A DNA stretch of 61,575 bases, counting the filler, from Choristocarpus tenellus KU-1152 (taxonomy: Eukaryota > Protista > Phaeophyceae): the NCBI GenBank assembly GCA_964200185.2. It is 5 parts of 5 records of this genome, joined end to end, with 100 filler letters (N's around TTAATTAATTAA, not from the genome) between each part and the next. Parts side by side here need not be neighbours in the genome. Positions count along the whole stretch, not along the records: positions 24,403 to 44,252 come from CAXNAD020000440.1; positions 44,353 to 48,369 come from CAXNAD020016648.1; positions 48,470 to 56,156 come from CAXNAD020005752.1; 2 more parts are not named here. One strand, given 5' to 3'. Under the pieces are notes generated by a model, which was not told the DNA's origin, did no database searches, and saw only the letters and a list, made by a program, of their open reading frames with translations. The translations under genes were made by a program, and so were the position numbers. Of this stretch, positions 41,218-55,078 are shown piece by piece. Position 1 is the first letter of the stretch; each line of letters opens with the position of its first letter.

Positions 41218-43659
41218 GTTCAAGGTTTAAGTGTGTAGATACCCGGTTCGGTGTTCAGTTTGATCCTTTGGTGAAATGGTCTTGACGCTACCACAACACA
41301 ACATACAAACATTTTTGTTTATTTTGTTGAAGCGGATCTCAGATCATGAACACATGCTTGAAATCGCGCAGCTAGTTGTGTGACACGCCCGCGCGCGATG
41401 GTGTATGTAGTGGAAAACAATGAATAATTCTAGGTTAAAGGGCATTCTGTTGTGTTACTAAGATATCAAGGCTACTAAAGTGGAGAGTTCCATCGCTGTT
41501 TACCAGTTCATGATGCAATTAAGACTTACCTGCTGAATGATTATGGATTTTAAGAGAGTTTGATAATTCTGGGTGTGTAAGGAGACGTAAAACAACAAGC
41601 AAGATGATGCTATCACTTTGGTACAGGAAATGAACCTTTCTGCCTCCTGGTGATAAGCCTTTCGCGTCGATTTCCAATGTGCCTAGTACATTAAGTGGTT
41701 GTTCCCCCACCAAGACGATCTTCAAAGAGGAGGCCTTGTGCTGGTCGTTGCACCCTGAGCCAATTGACATAATTGGATTTCCCCTGGCATTTACCTCTTT
41801 TTCGTTCCACCTGATTATTATTGTACCTTTAAAGGGCTTCACTCCATATTCCTTGCTCCACTGGTCAGCTGCATGATAATGAACAATCCCAAGATTGGGT
41901 GTTGCTTGTGGCATGAAGCAAGTTTAACTGTTGAAATCGACCACGTAAAACTTGCTTGAGTGGTCTCATATCAACTGAATTCTTGGAATTTTCCTCGCCC
42001 ATACATTACCAAGCATTCGTCACTGAGTGCATCCTTACGATGACCTGATCTTCTGTGGTGGTTCAATTATGTCAGATGGTTTTGCAATATACTACATACT
42101 TAGTATATATTACCACAATTCTTCCTGCCATTGTTCTTCTGTGTTTGACACAAATATATATTCTTGACAATCTATTTATTGCAGTGAATGTATGGCATGT
42201 ACAATCTATGTATATTTCTCGTACCATACCCAGGGAGAATGCCATGCAGATACAGCTGTACTTCCCTTTTGGAGGGCAGGGAGTACAAGGCAGTTACATC
42301 CAGCAAGGGCATGATTTACTTATGACACTGACTGTGGAATATTGTGTGTCACAATGATGGGGCAGCATAGATAGATGGAACACTTTCCTACAGCAAATAT
42401 ATTCTTCCCCGTGTTCCTATTTTATTCCGCCCTCTCTTGTAATTCTTACGCCTGCATCAGTGTTACGATAGGGCTGTTGCGTTGTTGCTACATTGCAACT
42501 ACTGGGACAAGCTCCTGGCGCGGAAGTTCCCACTCTAAACAGTGACCTTCCTTTCAAGTCCGTAACTACCTTGTGGGAAGACCATGTACCTGTTTTATTG
42601 ACCTCTACAGAAGGCATGTGATTCTGCATTCTGCAATCTCCTGTAGTTTGTGCTGGCCAAGTTCATAATACCTGATAAAATCATCTCAGTTACCCGTTGG
42701 TTCCATGTTTGGAATGTGGGCAGGTATCTACATGGATGAGGGGAAATGGAGAGGGTACTAACTGGTTTGGGTCAGGCAAGGCCTTCATCAAGGGTGTGTT
42801 CTTGCATCCATGCCCTTCAATATATTTCGTACGCAGATCTGGGCTTCAGGCCAACCTACAACCAGACTGGCGAATGTGTTTACCTTGAGGGAACCATCAC
42901 TATTAAAGCTGAATAATAACCGAAATCAGGCAATGGGTTCGAAAGGTCACTGTTTCCACAAGTTCTGCCAAGCGTTTAATGACTGAACCACAAGTGTACA
43001 GATAAACTACCGAAAGCTGGAACCAAGGTACATTAGGGACTGGATGGCAATACATACTCCAGAGTATGTTTTTTTTTTTGTCAAGGTCACTAACGTTTGA
43101 TGATTTGCTGCTTGTATTGGGGGGGAAAGAACCAACATGCTACGTGGAGAATACAACAAACATAGCAACAACAGAGTTTGTGTTACTCACATTAAGGCCT
43201 TCCAATATACCAACAGTTATTAACATCTGACAGCAAAACTTTTCTAAACACGCCCGAGCAAACTTGGCAGGGTCTAAGGTCCCCTCTGTCGCATATGTAT
43301 ATACATGTATAATGTGGAGTTTGCATCCCACCGATTCTTGACTTCTCTTCTGCATCCTCGTAGCTCAGTGGTAGTGTGGTAGTCTCCCAGCTTCATTGAA
43401 ATGCGCAGGCTTATGTCAGGTTAACGTCAGTGGTCAAAGTCAGGGAAGTCTTGTGGCTGGGTGGTTGTGGAGGCTGTTCCCTATGTGGATTTTGTGTCTT
43501 TAAAATCAATCGACATCAGGCTTCTTTTCAAGGAAATCTGATTTGGATTATCCAAATTGGAGCTGGGAAGGACAACAGATTGTACACCTACCTGTACTAT
43601 CCTATTGACCGCATTACCACAAAAACATGAGACCAAGAATTTGGTGGTGAGCCTTAATT

Positions 43660-45070
43660 GCTAAGCGACGCCAGTTCAGGTTTAGCACGAGATTTGAGAG
43701 AGGAGGTGGAGCAACGGGCGGTGGGATGTCAGAACCAAATACGAGAGTAAAGCAAGTTACGAATGGAGCCGATGCAATTAACTGAATACATACTCTGACA
43801 AATAATTACATCAGCTGGTATAAGAGAAGTAGTAGTGCATGACTATTGCCTCTGAGCACCACTGTAGGGGCTAGATTGTGGTCCCTGTTGTTGTCCCATA
43901 TTATGTGTGAGGGAACAAAATATATATTTGCATAATATGTCCCTAATACATGAAGCAACAAAACCTGAGTTCCCAGCATCCAATCCTGAAAAACCCATTT
44001 AATTATATGGCAATACAGATACTATCGAGGTATATTCCCTAAGTTAATATCTATGTCTCAACAGCTCCATGCATATTATTTTATTCAAAACCGTAAGTCC
44101 CCCGACTCAACTTTATTGGCTGTTTTTCGTCTTGGTGTCTGATTCTGTACCCATTTCCATGTGGGCCAACCGCCTCTAGTTGTTTTGTTCTCCATTTCAA
44201 ATGAAGCGATGCACATTTAGCACTTATTGACTTAAAGTATCAGGGGGGGGGGNNNNNNNNNNNNNNNNNNNNNNNNNNNNNNNNNNNNNNNNNNNNTTAA
44301 TTAATTAANNNNNNNNNNNNNNNNNNNNNNNNNNNNNNNNNNNNNNNNNNNNGTGCTTGTTAATTCAACAAAAAAAAAACGTTTTTTTAACGAACTCGAC
44401 CCCCCCCCCCCACCCCCCCCCCCCCCCCCCCCAGATACTTTGACCCAGTTGATGCATTTTCCAGCGCTGTTCCCTATCCTTTTCCATGGAATGTCGCTTA
44501 ACTCTCTCCCATGCCTTTGTGTTGGGTACAGGTGAATGTGTACTCTCCAATGAAGCCGGGGATGAAAATCGAGGTCATAGATGTTATGGTGAGCTGTAGT
44601 TTTGGTGAAATTGAAGTTTTACTGACAGGGTTGAAACCAGAAAGAAAAAAAAAACTGGATGTGTTGCTTCGGGGCTGTTTGTAAAAAAACTGGATGTGTA
44701 TCTTGTCAGGGGGAGGAAGGGGGGGGTTATCACCTTTTTTTTTGTGCCAGAGGAGTGTTTTGATAGTATGTGTGGAGGGCGTGTATGCCAATGACAAGGC
44801 GTTTTTGAAAATTGGTGTGAATTTGTTTTTTTTCACCTCCGCTGTTGCATACACAACACGCCCAAGAAGACAAAACTCTTGAATTTGTGCAGGGATGGTG
44901 AGTGTTTGACTGCTTTTTATTGCAAGTCCCCCGACAAATTTAACTTCCAGACCTAAACACACAATTGGCACTTGACGCTTTTTCAAAATAAAAATATCCG
45001 AAATTCAATGATGTAAGGACCAGGCCTTTAGCATGTGTCCTTTACATTAATGAGCCCTTTTTAAAAATAA

Positions 45071-45102
<32 letters not shown>

Positions 45103-46569
45103 TGTTTTCTGTCATCTATATATGAGTGAAAACCACACCATCGCTTTGGTCCCTAAATTAGAACACATGAAAGGTACTTCTCTTACATGGATGCACAGGT
45201 AAGATATTGCTCCCATGGATATTGAATGGTGCGCCATCCCTAACCCAGACGGAAAGTGTGAGCTGAGGATAAGTAGTCACCCCTATTCAGCCCTGCTGCT
45301 CAAGTACAACTTGGGAAGTACAGCTTGGGAAGTCCTACGGTGTTTGGTACTGATGGAGTCAAAGTATCTTAGAAGGGTAGAGCCGCCGCGTCCATTTGGG
45401 GGCCAAAATCCAATGTTGCAATTTTGATTAAATTTCAGCTATCAAGTTTGTTAGGAAATGTTGATATGCTTGTTCCGGATACACCTTTTCATAGCACACA
45501 CATTTTACCTACCTACTCCGAAACATTTTGTGGAGTAGGTAAAATGTCATTTAAAACCTGTGGGAAGCCAAGCCCCAATTGGACAGTCACGTAGAAACTT
45601 GTACCCTCTAAGATGCTTTTATTGATGCTATCTGCAGTTCCCTTTTTCCCCTCCCTCCTTTCAACCGACACCTCTTCACATTTGTTCACCAACGCTGCAC
45701 AAGGAGGTTGATGTGAAATTTGCTGGCACTACTACTTTACTCCAGAGTACTTCATGTATTCACATTTGCTGAATAGTTTTATGTACTACGTCTCTCACAA
45801 GGATCCCTTTAGGGTGGGACGGACACATGCGGGTATAGGATTATTGCCTTCGTAAGTATCATCAAAATCGACATAAGGAAAGGAACTGGCAACGGTGTAC
45901 TAGCTGATAATGACTAAAAAACAAATAAATAAATAGTCAAGAAGTACAAATATATCTAATCTAGGACTTTCAAGGTCATGATGGTGTTCATGAAACCGCC
46001 ATGAAGACATATCGCTCTTGTGAAGGACTACTTGTGCAGCCCTTCTATTGTCATGCTTTATTACTCCACAAAACTGTTTCGCCATGTTCACTGTCCTCCG
46101 CCCATCCTCCACTCCTCCCAATGCCACTGTCCCCTTTGTGGCAACGTTCTACGCAATTTCCTAGTGGTACAACCTTCCACCATACTGCTTTCCGGAGGGC
46201 CAAAAACGGTCCTTTCAAGGCGGAGATCACAACTGCAGGCAGGAGAGGAAATCGGAGGTTCCCTCAGGTCCCTCTCCTAGGGACGTTGCATGGCAGGCCC
46301 CAAGCAGTAGCAATGGTAGTAGGCCCCCTTTGGAGCATTTCTCAAGGGCAGTACCAATTAGCGGACCTGTCACTTCGTCATATGCTGGGCAGTTGGCGAG
46401 GGAGGTGGGAAGTAGGGGTGAGGAAGGTCTCGGTTGTGTTAGAGGAGTGGGACTTGTTAAGGAGGACACGCCGGCTAAGAGGCGGAGAAAATCTGATGAG
46501 GGAGGAATGCCTCCTAGTGTTGAATTAGTTGGGTCAGTTGAGGGATTAGGGTGGGGTGCCCCAGGTTGA
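43660..46569 (+). CDS. Putative 3' part of an unknown multi-exon gene
   Basis: Exon-like pieces: ~43660-43746 (SSGLARDLREEVEQRAVG), ~44532-44588 (bounded by CAG and GTGAG) and a long open stretch ~46165-46569 ending ..KEDTPAKRRRKSDE..WGAPG* with an NLS-like motif. Confidence 0.3.
44229..44446. mobile_element. Family B-type termini either side of an assembly gap
   Basis: GACTTAAAGTATCAG(n) before the gap and C(n)AGATACTTTGACCC after it. Confidence 0.6.
45356..45623 (+). mobile_element. MITE family A, full length
   Basis: GAGTCAAAGTATCTTAGAAGGGTAG...TACCCTCTAAGATGCTTT; probable TSD GATG/GATG. Confidence 0.88.
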
Positions 46570-48469
46570 TGTTGAGGTGATGTGCTAGTTAGTGTGTGTG
46601 TGTGTGTCTTGTTAGTTTGCACTAAATGACGACAATGTTGTATATATATGATTGTTTGGTGCACTTGTGTGTGTGTGTGTGTGTACCTGCACTTCGTCCC
46701 CTCTGTTGATTCTGGCTTTTCTGTTATTATTGTACAAGGTTGAAGATATCTGCACATCTCATGTGATGCGATAGGTGTGTGCTACTTGTATATTGTACTT
46801 GAAACACTGTGAAGAAAAAAACGACGCAAGAGGAAAATTATAAAACGATAAGAATAATAATAATGTACGAAGTAATATTATAAAAAATAGCAATGAAAAT
46901 CGTATTTTTGTTTATAGCTAGCGACAGATTTTTAATCGTGTTCTTGCGCCAACTGTGGGGCAAGTGCAATGACTCAGACGAATAATCACCCATCAACTCG
47001 CAAGTGCTGAACCGATCGATCATCATTGCATGTAGCAAAACCTCTCAGTTAACAACTCTTGTCCATTTTAGAACCGTCAGAGTTCTTGCTCAGAAATATA
47101 TATTTGTAGTGTCTTATTTCAACCTGAATCAAGGACAAAAAGTCAGAGGGGTGTCATCTTTGCCAAGGTGATCGAGTGTGTAAAATGTCTCTGGCAGAAC
47201 CAATCCACGACTCTGAGAAATTTTAACTAACGAGACCAACCTCCTGTCTCCAGGTCATTCTTCTTCTGGCATGATTGATATCGAGAAAGTACAAGGTAGA
47301 CCTATGGATATGAAGTTCTTCCACAAGGCAGATGGGAGTGCTAGGTAGTTATCGTCAGATTCCTGGTGAAGATGGTTCAAACACTGAGGTGGTAAGTAAT
47401 TAGGAGGGGTCAAGGAAATCACTTTGTTACACTCCCGATGTTGATGGCAGGCCCATAAGGCTTTGCCTCTCCCTCATCCAGAGGGAAGCAAGGGTAAATC
47501 AGGGCATAACTCCGTAACCCTTTCTCACTGAGGGAAGAAGCCTTGGCGAGATATTCGGAAGGGCTGCAGTAAGGGCATGGCTGTGCACATTGCTAGTAGA
47601 ATTTATCCCGTTCAGAACTTAGTATCTCATTTCCCACACTCATGCCGTGGGCATATGTTCAGAAGTGCGTACTCCTCTTCAATTGGCATCTCCAAAGAGT
47701 GGTGTGCCTCTGCAGCTGATTTTTAAGAAAGGACGTCATTCAATGCCAATGTCAAGCCCCATGACACCCCTGAAGAAAAACTCCACTGCTTCTGGAAGGC
47801 ATCTTTCCCCCAAGAAACAGAGTTGAGATGTGTTTTTCGTAAGTCCCTACTACAGCTCAGGTCCGAGGATATAGATGCCAGCTATCTAGTCGTCTCAGGT
47901 ACAGCACCATATATGACCAATATCTGTGGTGGTTGCAGAGGGTAGGTATGTGGCTGGGGTGGGAGCGATCAGGACTTGAGGCAGAGGTGTTCACACCTAT
48001 GGAACCAATCAGTAGTGAAGCAGGGATGTTTTTCTCTTCTAGAGGGCAATACTTCTGTTCCATGTATTCACCTTTCATTCCTAACCCTCTTTGGCAGTGT
48101 CAACTGAACTGTCAGATAGCGGACACATTCTCCTTGGTGTTTTTGAGGACGTGCACCTAGAAAAATGTAGAATCATCTCCTGGGAAGCAGAGCTGAGCTA
48201 TTTTTGGAAGGTCACTGGATCCCTTGGAGATGGCTTGGTAGCGGTGGCTGAGTGCAGCTGCCTGCTACCGGCTCAGAGTATCTGGGGGGGGGGGGGGGGG
48301 GGGGGGGCGCGACGAGCGGGCGCCCTGGGCCGCCGCGGGGGGGGAGGCACCCCACACCCCACCCCCCCANNNNNNNNNNNNNNNNNNNNNNNNNNNNNNN
48401 NNNNNNNNNNNNNTTAATTAATTAANNNNNNNNNNNNNNNNNNNNNNNNNNNNNNNNNNNNNNNNNNNN

Positions 48470-49445
48470 ACAAGCCTAATCAACCACACCCCTCAGTCTT
48501 CCCTGCCCCTGAGAAGATTTCTGAGTTACCCTTGCCCGTGTGGGGGGTAGTACCATCTGAGTGAAAGTATCTCAGAGGGTACGAGTTTTTCCCTGTTTGT
48601 CCATTTCGGGCTTGGCTTCCCACGGGTTTTTAATGACATTTTACCTACTCCGAACTGTTTCAGAGTAGGTAAAATGCATACATTATGAAAAGGTGTGTCC
48701 GAAACGAGGATACTGACATCTGCTAACAAAGATGGTAGCCAAAATTGCATCAAAATTGCAACATTGGATATTGGTCCCCAAATAGACGGGGCTCTACCCT
48801 CTAAGATACTTTGACTCATCTTGCTGAACGATATTGTGCTTCGCCTGCAACGAAGGCATTTTGGTCTTGATTGCAGGCAGTAACTCCTCCGATTACCACT
48901 TCCTGTACCACAAATGGTCTAATGTGCGGCCCTGCTCATACACATCCCCCTTTTTATGGTTCTTGCTTGTCCTGTATGCCGTTTTTGGCACACACACACG
49001 TCAAACACCAAGCTTTCCATCAAAGCTGTGAGCCGAATCTGGGTGGGCTTGGCTGCAATGATTATGGTTTGGGGGATATGACTCTTGTGCTGCACAGTAG
49101 GAGACCCTGGAAGCGCTATCATCCTCGTGCGGAAATATCCTAACCCTTTCCCCATCAGCCATCACGGAAAACCAGGTTTCAGTCACATGAATCGTGCTCG
49201 CCATGGAGGCGTACACACCAACTTTCCGGTCACTTGATCGCAAAAAAAGTCCATTCTCCATACCTTTTGCCATGATTTAAGCTTGGGTTTGATCCAGTGG
49301 CGATTTGGCATGGCCCCCATATCATCCAACCATCTGTTTATGATGCTCGTGCTATAATTCAGCCCTTTGGCGGCCATCTTCATTGCCACCTGACACACTG
49401 TGGATGAATGATTATCGGAGTTGATACTATGTATTGCGGCTAGTT
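48470..49445 (-). mobile_element. Degenerate plant-type Tc1/mariner transposase, interrupted by a MITE and truncated by a gap
   Basis: Frameshifted fragments HWIKPKL, IHVTETWF (cf. VHxDEKWF), VQHKSHIPQTIIIAA, FDGKLGV and QQDGTTPHTGKG. Collinear with the copy at 55560-55820. Confidence 0.85.
48559..48817 (-). mobile_element. MITE family A (259 bp) inserted in the mariner transposase
   Basis: GAGTGAAAGTATCTCAGAGGGTA...TACCCTCTAAGATACTTTGACTC; TSD ATCT/ATCT; empty site visible in the paralog at ~55622-55636. Confidence 0.93.
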
Positions 49446-52400
49446 TGTACCTGATAATCCTCGACTCTCACGTTTTCTGATTGCTGAGATTGTCAACCCG
49501 ATTTCATTCTGTGAGGTTATGGTTCGATTCGATGCCGTTCTCACTCGGCAACCCCATATGTTTCGTGGCACAAACTTATGGCACAGAGGTAGTAATATAA
49601 TAGGCTACTCCATAGTGAATACTTGCCGCAGTTCGTGTTGCCACGATGTCTGTGAAGCATTGACCTGGTCATTGATGATGGGGGGATATAAACAACAATG
49701 CACCAAGTACTATGAAACGTTTACATAGAGAATTATGAAACGTCTGTGTACGGCATGCACGAGCGCGCCTCGCAGGATCGTGGTGGGATGAGTAGGAGAC
49801 AGATAATTGCTTCCTTTGATGAGCGAACTCTGCTCAAACTAAACGTTTGTACTTTTGCGCTATGGAAAGAGAAAAGTCCCGACTCTATTACCAATGATTC
49901 ACTTAGACCGTAAGTTGTTTGTGATTCTTGCTTAGCCTATACCTTCCTGTTTAGAGTAGACAGCAGTAACCTTTCGTCCTGCTTGGGCTTTCTTTCTTCG
50001 ATGCTGCATGCAGTCAGGACGCCATACGCTTGTGGTTACTACGCTCGGAACTACTACACAACTGAACGAACGAATCGTTGTTCGAAATAGTATCCCTAAT
50101 GATAGAGAAGGGGGGTCAATAAGAAGGCACACCGAACAGAAAGAAAGAACGAGCAATATTTAATTATTAATACGTTACGTTACATTGGATATTGTTCTCC
50201 TTCACGATAGAAGAGAGATGGTACGTAACATACATACTCATTCCGTCTTCCCATTCGTATGCTAGAGCTTACCGAGAGGAAGATGACAAGCATGGTAATA
50301 CACTCTAAGTCAGCATCTTGTCATCCCTGCTTACAACTGTATTTAATCAAAAATCCCTACATTCTACTGCTGCTGCTACAAATAATACTACTACTACTGT
50401 GAGGATGCATCGATTATGGCGATCTTCATTCACAGTGCTCATTTTTCGGCAGGAGCAGAGCTATGGAAGATGTTTCTAGCTCTCGTAGCGTGTTCGTTTG
50501 TATAATATCATATATAATATGTACATAATAGACGCCGAAGGCAAGATGAAGGCCACCAAAATACTCCTAACGTAATTCTCCATTTTAAATGAAACGTATC
50601 GAGTGGGTGATATCGTCGCAATTCACAACAAACATTGAGTCAAAACAAAAGACCCTTTCGTATTCTAAGCCATCATTCTTACCCCGTGCAATTATACCCT
50701 ACTACATTGCTGTATGTGCACAGTAGTGTATGAAAAATTGGTATTCCCCCTTTCCACACACAGTGTGACACACAACTCTACTAAGAGTCTTTCTGCAATT
50801 GCACAAAACAGTGTATTTTGGTCCCTTCTCGGGATCCCTCAAATGCAATCCTCCCAACCTCTCAATTGGTTTGGCTCATTATCACAGTCCATTCGCTACC
50901 CAACCATTAGGAACTTTGACAAGAATAACATTATGAATTGTTTTATTTGTAAGTATATGTAGACAGCATACATAATTCATTTTATATCATACAGTACAAA
51001 TAAGAGCCGAGGGTGATCGATTTTATGGGGAGTCCTCACCAGCTAGCTAATCTGTGGTCTGGGAGTGCATCAACGCCAAGAGGAAGCAAAGCAATGCAAA
51101 ACTTGAACGTATCCATGACATATAGGAATGTGCTGCTTCCGAACACACTAGTAGTAGCAGTTGTATTTTGATAGTACGGTAACAAGTTGTAGAGTACTTC
51201 TAGTATCACCTCCTCCTAACCCACTACCACTCAATGTGCTTTGTGCAGCGCATCCTGCCCACTGCATCTCTCCGTGCAGATTACCACTACTCCTAGCACC
51301 ACGACAAAGCTATAAATGAATCTACTTCAAGCAAGAAATGCACTATATAGTAGATCCCTCTCTCCTCTATCATTGTCGATCTGGATTTAGTCGTGCATAT
51401 TTAATTGTATAGTAGTAGTATGTAATAGTCCAGCAGGTAGGTGTAGAGGTGGTGGTGGTGGTGATGACGATGCAAGATCTATCTCTGTTTGTAGTTGAGT
51501 TTGTAAGGTAGGGCTAGGAGAGTTGACGGAGTTGCGTTCAGAGTCCATTTTTTGGTTGTGTTGTTACTATTCCTGCTTTACAGCTATTGTTTAGAGGGAG
51601 GGTGGAATACTGCATACATCTTGCTTTGTTGTCTTGTTGCTTGCTATTGAGTTCAGCTGCATGTTGTGTTGGCGTAATATATTTTTCTTGGAATGTATAT
51701 ATACTGCATAGTGTAAATAGTACAAATAAATGTTACCCAAGCATGTGTGAATATAGGTGCGTTTGCTTTTAAATATTTCAAATGAGGTGGTCGCTAGATT
51801 TCAGTATCTGTAAGGAGGAGGATGAAAAATAAGGTGTAGATTGTAGAGATGTATAACAATAATAGAAATTCAACTTCAAATAACTTGGAAAGAGGAAAAC
51901 AGCTTTACAGAGCTGATAGGTTTGTAAGGGCAGGAATTACTTGGTTTATACGACAATTAGTATACATGAGAAGAACCCACAAAGAATCGGTCTCTGGGAA
52001 GGCCTTAAATGTTTTAGAATATGTATTTCTGGAACTAGATTTATATGTATGATGGCATAAAGAGGAAGAAATAGGGTCGACTTCAACAGCATTGATGCTG
52101 TGGAAACCAATCAAATGGCCACATATCAAACCATTCAGAAACTTTGTATACAGTATGTGCTTTCGGTACCGCTGTCTCAGCCTCTAAGTACTTTACCAGT
52201 TTTTACCCTATTATCAACAGAGCATTGAAGCACAAACATTACCCACAAAGGCTAGAAATATATCCCAACTAAAAGTCCAAAACCCTTCTCCCCCAACTGA
52301 GTGAAGAAAATATATAAACACAACTAAGGCGAGGAAGGCCCTGCTGAATGTCTTAGTCGGTCACGTTATCCACAATTTTACCCTAGTATTACACGATCCC

Positions 52401-54766
52401 ACAGTAAAAGAGGGTAGTCCAAGCCAACACTAAAACACCATCCATCACAATAGCTGATTGTGCATATATATGGTGGGTAGAGGGAGCTCCAGGCACATGA
52501 TCGGTCCAACCACGACCAACAATCCTTTATTGTACACTATCGGAATTGCTATCAGAGTGGGATAGGTCATTTGACTAGACTTCCCACTGTACACATCACA
52601 TGTACTCGTCCATTGACAGGCATAGTTACTGCAAACACCTATTTGTCAGGGGAACCAGTAAATTGCCGTAGTTAAAGAATAACGGGGACTCCATCACCAC
52701 TCCGAGCACAACAGCCAGTGCCAGAGTGTGTATGAGTTTTATGTAATATAAACAAGAGGACTTGGTGGGTTCATAGAATGTCTTTGGAAAATGAACCAGG
52801 CCGTGATGAAGAGCCTGCATCCTCTGTTTTGTCTTCCCTCAAACATTCTCCTCAATGTTGACGGCCATGTTCTCCTCAGTAGGTCATGCATAGAGATCAA
52901 GTGGATAGATCCCCTAACCCATCACATCCTACCCAGTCAAACATTAAAATGTAAAGGAGTCCAGCCCACCACAAAGAAGGCATGTCCACGAAACTGGGCT
53001 GGGGTTGTAGTGGGAGTGAGGACACAGCAGTGGTATTTCAAAGTTGCCTCACCAATAGATATCACCTTGCCAATGGTCACTGGGATGAAAAAGAGTTACA
53101 ACTTTCGCTCGATCACAACACATAAAGATCGACTCAGTCGCTTTTGGACAGACCTGAATTGAGCACACACCTCATGTCCAAATAGTGCCTGCAACTGGCA
53201 AGTCAATCTCTCCCAGTCTGGAACTGAATAAAAGATACCATTTACATATGTGATAACAACACCGTCTCCAGTAGGCCACCTCGAGCCGTCGTTGGATCTT
53301 CTCTTGCCATCCCAGTTCCAATCCAATGAGCACCACCAATAGCCACCGACGAACCTTACAATATAAACGCAAGTTGGGATGACAAGATCTATCCAAAGCC
53401 TGGCAGACCAGCGTCCTCGTAGGCGGAACATCGAGACATGTTTCTGAGTTTAACCCTAGGGGTAATAAGAGATGAGGTGAGGAATTTCGCGCGATTGCGC
53501 GCAGATAATAGTCCTACAATACCCGCAACACACCAACATCCAAAACCACAAGATGTTCGTGTAGTAGGTGACCTAAACATATTTTGAGTAGAGGTAAAGG
53601 TCACAGTTTTCCCGTATTTTTCTGTTTAAGGGAGTCGAATATCATTCTCAATCCTTACAATATGCTCAAAGGTTGAGAGACCCACCAACCATGACGAAGA
53701 TTGAACCCAATCAATCGAATCGATTAGTGCATCACAAATCTTTTCTCCATTTTTATTATTTAATTATTACTCATTTCTCTCCTCCAGTTGATTCAAGCCA
53801 AGAATTTTGGTTTAGGTTCAAACGTTTAGAGTTGTACTTGATAATAATATACTATCATATTTACCTGGTTTTTGTTCTCTTTGTAAGGCATTCTCAACCA
53901 TGCTTACCAATTTATCTCATTTCTCGTTATTATGTGCTTTCCCCGCCAAGAATCAACAAAAATTCTACGTTTCTCCACCCCAATTCTGTCCCCCCTTAAT
54001 TTCTTTGGTTGCAGACTTTGTGACGATTGATGGTGCGTGATCCGTGGACGGTCAGTTGTTTCAGAAGATACGCTGCGATACATCGTGGTGACATATATCT
54101 TTTGTTTTTTGTTATTTTTCCGTATTCACTCTGATTTTATCCTGTTTACTACTTCGTATAGAGTGAAGTAGTAGTAGTCCGTAGTGTTCACATATTTATT
54201 TAAGTATACTCTGTTCCACTTCACCTTCCTGACCACCTGATCTGGATGCTCTCTTCAGAATAATCCCTTCACTCTTCTCTGACCTGTTAAACTTCGTAAC
54301 TCCTACAATGTTGGTATATGTTTTTGTACATTTTCCATATTCAGTCTTGTAGATCTGCACCGTAGACGGGTGTTTTTTCAAGCGTGAGGCCAACAACATG
54401 TTGTAGACTTTTTGCTGTATGTACCTGTTGTTGTACAGACGAACAATAAAATAAAACAAAGTAGAAGAAGACCTCTACCGTGTTAGGTCTACTGTATGTA
54501 GCATCATCGTAACTCAGTTTATATTTTTTTGTGGCAGTCTCATCTGGTCTTCTTTTTGTCTTGTTTCCTAGTCGTGTTAACTGCAAAGTGATACCTTGCA
54601 CGCAGTGTTTGCCAACAAGTCAAGTTCTACTATTGCTATCATACTTAAATGAACGTTCTGTTCTTGACCTGTAAAATATCGTCAAGGTACTAAAAGCGCT
54701 ACTGTAGGGGCCTGGTCCACGGACAGGAACGTGTTTCTGATAATTGACATGTTTTGACTGTTGGAA

Positions 54767-55030
54767 GACCCAAAGCTTTGAAGAGGGTAGGGCCACGTTG
54801 GTTCAGGGTCCAAATCCAATGTTTCTGTTATGATTAATTTTGGCTATCGTGTTTGTTAGCAAGTAGTGTCAATATCCTTGCTCCGAGCGCACCTTTCATA
54901 GATAGTCGTATGCATTTTAGATAATGGTGTTCACACAGGACGCCGAAAAAGGGCACAAAAAAATCGTGGGAAGCCAAGCCTCAAACAGACAAACATGGCA
55001 AAACTCCTACCCTCTTAAATGCTTTGGGTC
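54767..55030 (+). mobile_element. MITE family A (variant A')
   Basis: GACCCAAAGCTTTGAAGAGGGTAGG...CCTACCCTCTTAAATGCTTTGGGTC; no TSD evident. Confidence 0.85.
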
Positions 55031-55078
55031 ACACACAAACTGCGTAACAATGACAAAGAGACTGAAGTAAAATATATA

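Noticed and set aside
43352-43400. tRNA-like A-box (TCCTCGTAGCTCAGTGGTAG)
   Set aside because: No T-arm/B-box or acceptor-stem partner downstream; a cloverleaf cannot be built.
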